A DNA stretch of 35,246 bases, taken from the NCBI GenBank assembly GCA_004322435.1, contig SCTT01000319.1, forward strand, positions 1 through 35,246. Direction: 5' to 3'. The DNA is from a bacterium (GTDB lineage: Bacteria; Elusimicrobiota; Elusimicrobia; UBA1565). Numbering within the stretch: the first letter of the stretch is position 1; every line of letters begins with the position of its first letter. This document shows positions 18,566-26,652 of the stretch, piece after piece. Under the pieces are notes generated by a model, which made no database searches, was not told where the DNA came from, and was given only the letters and a program-made list of their open reading frames with translations. The translations under genes were made by a program, and so were the position numbers.

Positions 18566-19272
18566 CCCGCCTGCCCCGGGTTGGCCCCGAGCACCTCGCG
18601 GGCGAGGTACCCGAGCAGATGCGTCCCGCCCGCCAGCGCCTTGAAGTGCGTCTCGCCGTAGAAGCGCGGGCTCTCGACGGCCGGCACCTCGGTGCGCGAC
18701 TGGCGGAGCTTGTAGGAGCGGGCGGCCATGCACAGATCGACCGAGTGCCCCTCCTCCTCGACCCTCATCGCCTTGAAGGCCTCCACGCGGAAGCCCTTGA
18801 TGCCGTGCAGGATATCGGTGAGGTACGCGCCCTCGCGGCGCCACAGGAGCGCGACCAGGGCGCCCAGGACCTGGACGAACCACTTGCGCGGACGCACCAC
18901 GTCGGCGTCCTCCTCGTTGCGGCCGCCGGCCATGTTGCGGCTGGCGGCCACGAGGTCGGGTCCGGCCAAGAGGGCCTTGCGGATGTCGCTGACGATGGAC
19001 ACCGGCACGGTGCCCTTCGGGAAGAAGACGACCAGCGCGTCGGTCTTGGCTACGCGCGCGGCGTGGACGTACGCGGCGTTCAGGCCGCGCTTGGGCTGCA
19101 CGTGGACGGGGATCCCTAAACCCTTCAGGTAGTCGCCCGTGCCGTCCTTCGAGCCGCCGTCGACGCAAAAGACCTCGTCGAACTCGCCGCGCGGCAAGAG
19201 CGGCACGTCGCGGCGGCAGCCTTCGAGCTCGTTGAAGGTCAGCAGGCACAGGCCGACGGTGGGGGCGCTCAT
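18562..19272 (-). CDS. Glycosyltransferase family 2, short Dpm1/polyprenol-phosphate glycosyltransferase-like
   Basis: 236 aa. Motifs LLTFNE, VDGGSKDGT, DLVAASR, TDILHGIKGFR, EVPAVESPRFYGET. The DxD motif is degenerate. Confidence 0.75.
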   Translation of the reverse strand: MSAPTVGLCLLTFNELEGCRRDVPLLPRGEFDEVFCVDGGSKDGTGDYLKGLGIPVHVQPKRGLNAAYVHAARVAKTDALVVFFPKGTVPVSIVSDIRKALLAGPDLVAASRNMAGGRNEEDADVVRPRKWFVQVLGALVALLWRREGAYLTDILHGIKGFRVEAFKAMRVEEEGHSVDLCMAARSYKLRQSRTEVPAVESPRFYGETHFKALAGGTHLLGYLAREVLGANPGQAG

Positions 19273-19287
19273 CGGGAGACCCTTAGG

Positions 19288-20385
19288 CTAGCAAACACGG
19301 TAGAGGGCTTCCACGCGGGCGGCCACCGACTCCATCCCGAACGCCTTCGCCCGCTCGCGGGCCCCGGCCGCGAGGCGCGCGCGGAGGCCGGGGTCGTCCA
19401 ACAGCCGCCGCAGCGGCGCCGCGGCCCCCGGGTCCGGGTCGCCGTCGAAGAGCAGGCCGCTGCGCCCGTCCTCGACCGCCTCGGCCGTCCCGCCGACCCG
19501 GCTGCCCAAGACCGGCAGTCCGGAGGCCAAGGCCTCGAGCAAGGCGTTCGAGAGGCCCTCCGAGACCGACGGAAGCACGAACACGTCCGCGGCGCGGTAG
19601 AGCGGCGCCGGGTCACAGACCGGCTCGAGGACGCGCGGCCCCAAGGCCTCGAGGGCCACCCGCTCGGGACCGGCGCCCACGCAGACGAACTGGGGCGGCG
19701 GGACCGTCCCCGCGCACGCCCGCCCGAACGCCCTCGCGAAGGCCGGCAGGCGCTTCTCCCACGCCAGGCGGCCCATGTAAAGGAACACGGGGCCGGGGCC
19801 CAATCCCAGAGCGGCGCGCAGGGACTCCTTCTCGCCCGAGGCGGGAGGCCGGAAGCGTTTAAGGTCCACGCCGTTGGGGACGACTTCCGCCGTCCCCAGG
19901 CCGTGCTCCGCGAGCTCGTCGGAGAGCTCGGCGGCGACGGCGATGAAGCGCGGACGCAGGAGCTTGAAGAGCGCGAGCTTGAGCCGTCCCGCGGCGCTCT
20001 TGGCCGACAGCGCGATCTCGCCGATGCCCTTCCCCCCGCCCAGCTTCACGACCGCGGGCTTCCCGAGCAGCCTCCCCGCCAACGCCGCGGCCAGCGCCGG
20101 GGAGGAGGCGAGGTGGGCGTGCACCGCGTCGTAGTCGCCCCGCAGCAGACGTTTGAGGCAGGCCGCGAAGAACACCGACGAGTTGAGGACCCCGCCGCCC
20201 CAGGCCGCCAGGCGCTCGACCGGGACGCCGTCGACGTCCTCGCGCGCGGGGAGACCGGGCAGGGCGCGGGTGAGCACGAAGACGTCGTGGCCGCGCGCGC
20301 GCAGCGCGCGGGAGAGCTCGTAGGCCTGGCGCTCGGCCCCGCCCAAGGACGGCGGGAAGCCCGCGCTGACCATGGCCACCCTCAC
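19288..20385 (-). CDS. Glycosyltransferase family 4 (GT-B)
   Basis: GTG at 20385. Motifs FPPSLGGAE, VVPNGVD, YMGRLAWEK and FVLPSVSEGLSNALLEALASGLPV. Confidence 0.92.
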   Translation of the reverse strand: MRVAMVSAGFPPSLGGAERQAYELSRALRARGHDVFVLTRALPGLPAREDVDGVPVERLAAWGGGVLNSSVFFAACLKRLLRGDYDAVHAHLASSPALAAALAGRLLGKPAVVKLGGGKGIGEIALSAKSAAGRLKLALFKLLRPRFIAVAAELSDELAEHGLGTAEVVPNGVDLKRFRPPASGEKESLRAALGLGPGPVFLYMGRLAWEKRLPAFARAFGRACAGTVPPPQFVCVGAGPERVALEALGPRVLEPVCDPAPLYRAADVFVLPSVSEGLSNALLEALASGLPVLGSRVGGTAEAVEDGRSGLLFDGDPDPGAAAPLRRLLDDPGLRARLAAGARERAKAFGMESVAARVEALYRVC

Positions 20386-21413
20386 GGGCCCGGCCTTTCC
20401 GCCAAAAACCCCACCTTGGGCACGACGCCGTGGGCCAGTTGGCTGACGATGCGCAGTCCCGCGCCTTCGAACCAGCCGCGCACCTCCTCTTTGGTGTGCT
20501 TGGTCTGAAACGGCGGGGCCAGCCAGTCGAAGTTCTCGATGAGGCGCACGCCGAACTGGGGGTCGACCGAGTACGTCAGGTACTTGAGCACGGGCACCGC
20601 GCCGAGCAGCGTCAGCGGCCAGCACAGCGCGTAGAGCAGATGGAAGGGCATCCGCGTCGTGACGACGCGCAGGGAATCGGAGAGGAGCTGGCGCGCCCAC
20701 ACGAGGACCCACACCAACGGCAGCGCGCTCCTGAGCCAGGCGCGCGTCGAGCGCAAGGGGTTCGTCTTGAAGCTGGACCAGGGGCCGGGCGTGCCGTAGA
20801 CCCACACCGAGAGCTTCCCCCCCTTCTTGACGAGAGGGGCGATGCGGTCGAAGGCGCCCTTCGTGTCGGCGGTGTGGTGGATGACGCCGTGGCTGAACAC
20901 CAGGTCGAAGGTCCCGGCCTTAAACGGCGGCCGCAGCAAGTCCCCCTGGACGACGTGCAGGCGCGGGTTCTCGCGCATCGTGCGGATCAGTCGCGTCAGG
21001 GCGTCCGAGAGGTCCACCGAGACGACCTCGGCGCCGAGCTCCAAGGCCGCCAGCGAGAAGCGGCCCATGCCGCAGCCCGCGTCCAGCGTGAGCTTGCCGG
21101 CCAGGGCGGCGGGCGGCAGCTGCACCTCCTCCAAGAAGATGTCCCGGTCGACGCCCGGGCGGGGGCCCGGGTAGCGGTGCCACTCGAAGCCGAAGCGCTC
21201 GGCGGTGCTCGCGACGCGGCCGTCCTTCATCGCGTCGCCCAAGCGCAGGCGCGGGACGCCGTCGGCGATGGGGTACTGCACAGAGCAGCGCCGGCAGCGC
21301 AGGGAGCCGCTGTCGAGCTCGGCGCCCTCGTGAGGATGGTCGTCTAAAGAGGCGAACTCGAGCTCCCCCGAGCAGACGGGGCAGGCCAAGAGCGGGAGGA
21401 GGGCCATCTTCAT
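20382..21413 (-). CDS. Class I SAM methyltransferase with an N-terminal Trm112-like Zn-binding domain
   Basis: ATG at 21413. LLACPVC...LRCRRCSVQYPIADGVPRL, followed by LDAGCGMGR and FSHGVIHHT. Confidence 0.85.
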   Translation of the reverse strand: MKMALLPLLACPVCSGELEFASLDDHPHEGAELDSGSLRCRRCSVQYPIADGVPRLRLGDAMKDGRVASTAERFGFEWHRYPGPRPGVDRDIFLEEVQLPPAALAGKLTLDAGCGMGRFSLAALELGAEVVSVDLSDALTRLIRTMRENPRLHVVQGDLLRPPFKAGTFDLVFSHGVIHHTADTKGAFDRIAPLVKKGGKLSVWVYGTPGPWSSFKTNPLRSTRAWLRSALPLVWVLVWARQLLSDSLRVVTTRMPFHLLYALCWPLTLLGAVPVLKYLTYSVDPQFGVRLIENFDWLAPPFQTKHTKEEVRGWFEGAGLRIVSQLAHGVVPKVGFLAERPGP

Positions 21414-23236
21414 ACGCTGAGACGGTACCAAACGAGCCCAGCGCGCGCCCAGGCCGCCCAGGCGAGCACGGCCGCGAGGCACAAGAGCGTCCAGCCCGGC
21501 GGCTCATAGCGGAAGTCGGCCTGAAACGGGCCGTCGGGGACGTCCACCTGCAAGAACAGGCCTTCGGCCAACCGCGTCGGGGCGGGACGCCCGTCCACCC
21601 AGGCCCGCCAGCCGGGGCACTCCGGTATCGCGAAAGTCAACGGGCCGGGCCCCGCGCCGCGCACGCGCCAGGACTCGGGCCGCGGGCTCTGCACGGAAGC
21701 CGACCCGCCGGGGACGCGGGCCAGAGCCGCGGCGCCGTCCACGCGCGCGTAGGGGGTCCCGCCGGGTCCGGGCAGGACGGCCGACACGCCCAGCGCGCGC
21801 ACGCCGGGGGCCGAAGGCGTCGCAAGATAGAGCCGGCTCGGGTCCGCGGCCGGACGCCCTTCGGCCGCGAAAGCGTACTCGGCCAGGCGCGCGGGGTAGT
21901 AGGCGGCGTAGCCGTTCACGTTCATCAGCCGGTACATCATCGTCTTGTCGGCGTTGGGCAGGCCCGGCGCCGTCAGCACCCGTTCGAGGCGCCCGCCCAA
22001 GGCCTCGGCCACCGCGCGGTTGGGCGCGAGGTACGCCGCGGCGTCCTCGGAGCCGAGGAGAGACGCGCCCGTCCGCCCCGCCTCGGCCAGCGCCGCCAGC
22101 GCGAGCACGCCCGCGCCGAGCCGTGCCGTGCGCGAGGCGCTGCGCGCGAAGCGGGCCCAACCCAGCGCCGCCGCCAGCCACAGGCCCCAAAGGGTCCAGA
22201 CGCCGAAGCGCGCGGGCACGCGCGAGAGCGCGGCCAGCGGCCCGTCCTTCCAGAGCGCCCACCACGGAGCGTGGGAGCCCGCCGCCAGCGCCGCGCCGGC
22301 GGCGGCCAAGGCCCACCCGGCGCGGGCGGCCGGCAGGGAGCCGGCTCCGGCCGCCGCGGCCGCCAGCGGCGCGAGCCCCAGGCTCAGCGCGTACTCCTCG
22401 AACCACTCCGACGGGTCGCCCGCGAACGTGCCGTCCCGCGGGTCGCCGAAGGCGCGGGGCGAGAGCAAAGTCGCCAGCGCCCGCGGCGGCATCGAGTAGG
22501 CGGACGCGAAGGCCTCCGGCAGGCCGCGGCGGTTGGAGCGCGTCAGGAGCTCCGCGGCGGGCACGGCCTGCACGAGCGCGAGCGCCGCCGCGCCGGCGGC
22601 CCCGACGAGGAACGCGCGGCCGCGGCCGCGCGGCTCGGCCAGCGACCAAGACGCCATCGCCAGGGCGTTCATCGCCGCGAACTGCGGGTGGCCGCTAAGC
22701 CCTTGGAGCGCCCAGACGCCGGCGAGGAGCCAGGCCCTCCGCTCGAGGAGGGCGAGCCAGCACCAGGGAACCCACGCGAGGGAGAAGAGCAGGGTCGGCA
22801 CGCCCTGGAGCAGCCGCCCGGCCGTGAACGGGGAGAGCGCGAACGCCGCGCCGAGCGCCGCGGCGGAGGCCGCCCCGGCGCCGAGGCGGCGCGCCAGCAG
22901 CTGCGCGCCGACGAAGGCCAAGAGCAGATGGAAGAAGGCCAGCGCCGTGAACGCCCATACGGCCGGGAACAGGCGCGTCAACGTCGCCGGCGGGTAGAAG
23001 AGCGCCGTCTGCGGGTCGGCCAGGTGCGGTACGCCGGAGAAGACGTAGGGGTTCCAGAACGGCAGGTGGCCGGCGGCCAGGCGCGACGCCGCGAGGTGGT
23101 GCAGCGGCACGTGATAGCCGTAGAGGTCGCCGAAGTTCGCGACGGCCCGGCCCGGATCGAGCAGCGCCGGGCCCAGGAGCGCCGCGAAGGCGGCGGCCGC
23201 GGCCAGCGCCCAGGCGGCGTCGCGGCGCCCGGTCAC
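21410..23236 (-). CDS. YfhO-like GT-C membrane protein
   Basis: GTG at 23236. Motifs FGDLYGYHVP, LPFWNPYVFSGVP...FYP, GHPQ, RVPARF, and C-terminal PGWRAWVDG...FRYEP. Confidence 0.75.
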   Translation of the reverse strand: MTGRRDAAWALAAAAAFAALLGPALLDPGRAVANFGDLYGYHVPLHHLAASRLAAGHLPFWNPYVFSGVPHLADPQTALFYPPATLTRLFPAVWAFTALAFFHLLLAFVGAQLLARRLGAGAASAAALGAAFALSPFTAGRLLQGVPTLLFSLAWVPWCWLALLERRAWLLAGVWALQGLSGHPQFAAMNALAMASWSLAEPRGRGRAFLVGAAGAAALALVQAVPAAELLTRSNRRGLPEAFASAYSMPPRALATLLSPRAFGDPRDGTFAGDPSEWFEEYALSLGLAPLAAAAAGAGSLPAARAGWALAAAGAALAAGSHAPWWALWKDGPLAALSRVPARFGVWTLWGLWLAAALGWARFARSASRTARLGAGVLALAALAEAGRTGASLLGSEDAAAYLAPNRAVAEALGGRLERVLTAPGLPNADKTMMYRLMNVNGYAAYYPARLAEYAFAAEGRPAADPSRLYLATPSAPGVRALGVSAVLPGPGGTPYARVDGAAALARVPGGSASVQSPRPESWRVRGAGPGPLTFAIPECPGWRAWVDGRPAPTRLAEGLFLQVDVPDGPFQADFRYEPPGWTLLCLAAVLAWAAWARAGLVWYRLSV

Positions 23237-25176
23237 GCGGCCTCCGCGAGCAGGCCCCGCGCGGACCAGAGGCCCAGCGCCGCGAGCGTGACCAGGGTGA
23301 GGGAGAGGCCGAGCCGGAAGGAGAGCGGGTCGTAGCGCAGCACCACCCGCCACGGGCCGGCGGGGACCGGACGCTTCACGAAGGCCCCCAGCGCGGGCTC
23401 GAAGGCGGGGCGCGGCGGCCAGGCGCGCCAGCCGGGGCCGAGCGGCTCGGCCAGGTAGAGCCAGCCCGCCTCCTCGGCGGCCCCCGCCGCCTCGAGGCGC
23501 CCCGGGCCCGAGCGAGCGACGCTGAGCGGCCGCGCGGCCGCGGGGTCGGGGGGTTGCGCCGAGTCCGCGGGGAGCGCGGCGCCGGCCGCCGGGGGGAACC
23601 ACCAGGCGCGGGCGACCGGCGCGACGGGGGTCGAGACGTCCCAGAGCGCGGCCCCGCGCGGCGTCAGGCCCGGGGCCGAGACGGGGCCGGGCGTGAGCAG
23701 CGCGCCGGCGTCGGCCCAGGGCATCCAGCGCGCCGCCTCGGCGGCGCCGGAACGGCTTTGGATGAAGTCGAGGAAGGCGTACTGCCGGGCGGGCACGAGC
23801 GGCTCCCCGAAGCCGGTGACGGACTCGACGCGGTAGGGCGCGTTCGAGAGCCCGTAGAGGCGGCGCTTTAAATCCAGCGCGGCCTGGTCCGAGTCGGACC
23901 CGACGGCGCGCTGGGCGTGCAGGGCCTTGGGCGACATCAGCACGCGGTGCGGACCCGCCGCCGCGCGCGCGGCGGCCACGACGGGCCCCGCGTCCGTCCA
24001 AAGCGCCGCCGGGGCGGTCGGATGGGCGCCGGCCGCGTAGACGGCGAGCTCGGCGAGCGCCGCCGCCAGCGCCCACGGCGCCCAGCGCCGGCCGGAGAGC
24101 CCCCGCGCGCACAGGAGCGCGAGCAGCGGGACGAGGAGGTAGGACAGGTTCCCGGGATAGCGGACGTAACGCAGCGGCGGCAGCGCCGCCCAGAGCCCGC
24201 GCGAGACGGGGTTCGTCCCGCCGAGGAGGAGCAGGGCCGTCCCCGCCCCGTACACGAGCGCCCCGGCCGCCGCCGCGGGACCGGCCGCGGTCAAGCCGAG
24301 GAGCGCCGCCGCGCCCGGGACGAGGCCGGCGTAGGCGGTCTTCCACCACCAGACGGCCGGGTCGTAGTCGGCCGGCGGGATGAGCGGCGGAGCGCTCAGC
24401 TGCACGAGGTCCCGCGGCGTAAACGACCAGGTCAGGGCCTCCTCGGACGACAGCCCCGCGCCGCGCTTCGAGCCGCGCGCGAGCTCGAGGGCCGGCACGA
24501 GCAGCACCCCGGCGAGCGCCGCGGCGAGCGCCGCGGCGGCGGCCCAGCGTCCGGCCCGGGCCGCGAGCCCCGCGAAGCCCTCGGCCCGCCGGACGCTCAA
24601 CAAAAACGCCGCCAGCGCCCCGCCCGCCGTCATCGTGGGATAGCCGGCGAGGAAGGAGAGCGCCAGCGACAGGGCCAACGGGAGCGGCGCGTCGGCGAAA
24701 AGCAGGAACGCCGGCAAGAACGCCAGCGCTCCCAGATGGTTGAGGAACGGCAGCCGGCTGACCGCGACGCCGCCCAGCGCCGCCGCGACGGCCCCCGCGG
24801 CGGCGGCCGAACGGGAGAAGCCTCCGCGGCGCAGCGCCAAGAGCCACAGCGCGGCGGTCAGGGCGTAGCTCAGCGCGTGGTAGACGGCCAGCGCGGAGGC
24901 GAAGCCGAACAGGTGGAAAGGCGCCGTCAGAGGATGCCAGGCCGCGCACTGCATCTGGGCGGCCAGCGGCATCCCGAGGTAGTCGTAGGGGTTCCAGAGC
25001 GGAAGCGCCCCCGCCTGCGCGAGCTGCGCGGGCAGCGCGCGCCAGGCGAAGTGGATGTAGAGGAGGTCGCCCCAGTAGAAGGTGCGCCCGGCCAGACGCA
25101 ATCCGCCGAACAGCGCGCCCGCCAGGGCCGCGCCGGCGGCCAGGACCCCGAAGTCGCGGCGCGAGAGCCCGCTCAT
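23233..25176 (-). CDS. YfhO-like GT-C membrane protein
   Basis: ATG at 25176. Motifs WGDLLYIHF, LPLWNPYDYLGMP, GYPT, VRYPGN, and C-terminal PGWRA...LRYDPLSFRLGL. Confidence 0.75.
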   Translation of the reverse strand: MSGLSRRDFGVLAAGAALAGALFGGLRLAGRTFYWGDLLYIHFAWRALPAQLAQAGALPLWNPYDYLGMPLAAQMQCAAWHPLTAPFHLFGFASALAVYHALSYALTAALWLLALRRGGFSRSAAAAGAVAAALGGVAVSRLPFLNHLGALAFLPAFLLFADAPLPLALSLALSFLAGYPTMTAGGALAAFLLSVRRAEGFAGLAARAGRWAAAAALAAALAGVLLVPALELARGSKRGAGLSSEEALTWSFTPRDLVQLSAPPLIPPADYDPAVWWWKTAYAGLVPGAAALLGLTAAGPAAAAGALVYGAGTALLLLGGTNPVSRGLWAALPPLRYVRYPGNLSYLLVPLLALLCARGLSGRRWAPWALAAALAELAVYAAGAHPTAPAALWTDAGPVVAAARAAAGPHRVLMSPKALHAQRAVGSDSDQAALDLKRRLYGLSNAPYRVESVTGFGEPLVPARQYAFLDFIQSRSGAAEAARWMPWADAGALLTPGPVSAPGLTPRGAALWDVSTPVAPVARAWWFPPAAGAALPADSAQPPDPAAARPLSVARSGPGRLEAAGAAEEAGWLYLAEPLGPGWRAWPPRPAFEPALGAFVKRPVPAGPWRVVLRYDPLSFRLGLSLTLVTLAALGLWSARGLLAEAA

Positions 25177-26642
25177 CCGCCGGGCCTGCGGCGCAGCACG
25201 GGGCAGGCCTGGCCCCCGCGCGCGAGGGCGGCGACCGCCCGCGGCTCGTCGCCCAGGCGGCGGTACACCGCGGCCAGCTCGCGCCAGGCGCGCGGACGGT
25301 AAGGGTCGAGGCGCAGCGAGGCTTCGAAGGCCTCCGCCGCTCGGGTCAGGTGCAGGGCCGGGTCCTCGCCGGCGGCGGCGCGCCCGAGCGCCGCGTGCGC
25401 GTAGACGAGCGGAGACTCGGAGTCGCGCGGACGGCGCGCCGCCGCGTCGGCGGCCAGCGCCTGCGCCTCGAGGAGGCGCCCCTCCCCGAGCGCGAAGGCG
25501 GCCTGGGCGCGCGCCCGGTCGGCCGCCCACAGGGCGAAGACGGCGCTCGCCGCCCAGGCGCCGGCCCAGAGCGCCGCGGCGGCCGCGGGCAAGCGCCAGC
25601 GGCCGCGCACTCCGGCGCCCTCGCCGGATTCCGGCACCGAGCAGGCGGCGAGGTAGCAGAAGAGCCATAGGTTCCCCGGCACCGAGAGCGGCCAGTCCCA
25701 CAGCGAGTGCAGGAGCGCGGCCAGGGCGCCGAAGCGCTTGTAGCTGCGCGCGGAGAAGAGCAGCCGCCACAGGCCCGCGAACCACAGCAGGGCGAACGGG
25801 AGGCCGTACTCGGCGGCGGTCTGCAGCGGCCACTGGTGCGCGTAGACCGCCGTCAGGCCGCTCTCATGGTAGCCGGGCAGCGCCGCGGCGTAGGCGCCCG
25901 GCCCCGCGCCCAGCCACGGCCGGTCCGCCGCCATCGCCGCGGCCGCCCGCCACCAGGCGAGGCGGTCGAGGACCTCCGGCGACTGGAACTTGTTGTAGAC
26001 CGCGACGAGGCACACGAGGGCGCCGGCGAGCGCGGCCCAGGTCTTGGCCTCGCCGCGCCAGCGCGCGGTCAACAGCAGCGCCGCGAAGAACGCCATCCAC
26101 GCCCCGACGCTCTTGGTCCACCAGAGGCACAGGCCCAGCCCCGCGACGAGCAGCCAGTCGCGCCGGTCGGCGGCGACGGGGATGAGCATCAGGACCGCGC
26201 CGGCCCAGGTGTTGGCGTTGAGGAGCGCGCTCTCGGGGCGGTGGGCGCCCAGCCCCCAGCGCTGGTAGACGGCGAGCGTCATCAGCACCCAGGCCGCGGC
26301 CCGCACCGCCTGGTCCACCGTCTCGCGCTCGTCTTTGGAGAGCACCGCGGTCGCCGCGACGACGCCCAGGCCCACGAGGAGGACCGGCAGCTCGAAGGGC
26401 GCCTCGCCGGAGAGCGGACCCCGCCAGGCGCTCAAGGCCGCCAGGGCGGCCAGCCCCGCCAGCCAGGCCCGCGCGCGGGCGGAAGGCAGCGGGACGTAGC
26501 CCAGGCACACGCGCAGGGCCAGCCAGGCGGAGCCGCCGACGGCGACCACCGAGGCCACCAACGTCTGCGCCCAGGGGTCCCACGAGCCCCTCAGGAGGGG
26601 GCCCAGGGCCGCCGGGACGGCGACCAAGAGGGTCAGGAGCAA
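25173..26642 (-). CDS. O-antigen ligase (Wzy_C) family protein with C-terminal TPR-like helices; candidate protein O-oligosaccharyltransferase
   Basis: LNANTWAG, TKSVGAW, DRLAWW...DRPWLGAGPGAY, YAHQWPLQTAAEYG, HSLWDWPL and the TPR-like LRLDPYRPRAWRELA. TTG start 10 nt after the pilQ stop. Confidence 0.75.
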   Translation of the reverse strand: MLLTLLVAVPAALGPLLRGSWDPWAQTLVASVVAVGGSAWLALRVCLGYVPLPSARARAWLAGLAALAALSAWRGPLSGEAPFELPVLLVGLGVVAATAVLSKDERETVDQAVRAAAWVLMTLAVYQRWGLGAHRPESALLNANTWAGAVLMLIPVAADRRDWLLVAGLGLCLWWTKSVGAWMAFFAALLLTARWRGEAKTWAALAGALVCLVAVYNKFQSPEVLDRLAWWRAAAAMAADRPWLGAGPGAYAAALPGYHESGLTAVYAHQWPLQTAAEYGLPFALLWFAGLWRLLFSARSYKRFGALAALLHSLWDWPLSVPGNLWLFCYLAACSVPESGEGAGVRGRWRLPAAAAALWAGAWAASAVFALWAADRARAQAAFALGEGRLLEAQALAADAAARRPRDSESPLVYAHAALGRAAAGEDPALHLTRAAEAFEASLRLDPYRPRAWRELAAVYRRLGDEPRAVAALARGGQACPVLRRRPGG

Positions 26643-26652
26643 GCCGCCCCCG

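Noticed and set aside
8248-21413. Secondary-metabolite (nucleoside antibiotic-like) cluster, suggested by GME + RGP-like + methyltransferases + AsnB + YcaQ
   Set aside because: There are no scaffold-forming enzymes or drug exporter. The flippase, ligase and GT-C genes point to envelope glycosylation, and the glycosylase is the QxD YcaQ type.
25140-25176. Twin-arginine-like SRRDF at the N-terminus of the first YfhO-like protein
   Set aside because: The protein is polytopic, and its paralogue has only GRRDA. Positive-inside residues before the first TM helix explain it more simply.
9870-25833. Long N-terminal extensions on track ORFs (9870, 14617, 17577, 18167, 19249, 20805, 24949, 25833) and many antisense ORFs
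   Set aside because: These are stop-poor shadow frames expected at this GC content. Each real gene has a start codon overlapping the previous stop, so no frameshift or fusion needs to be invoked.
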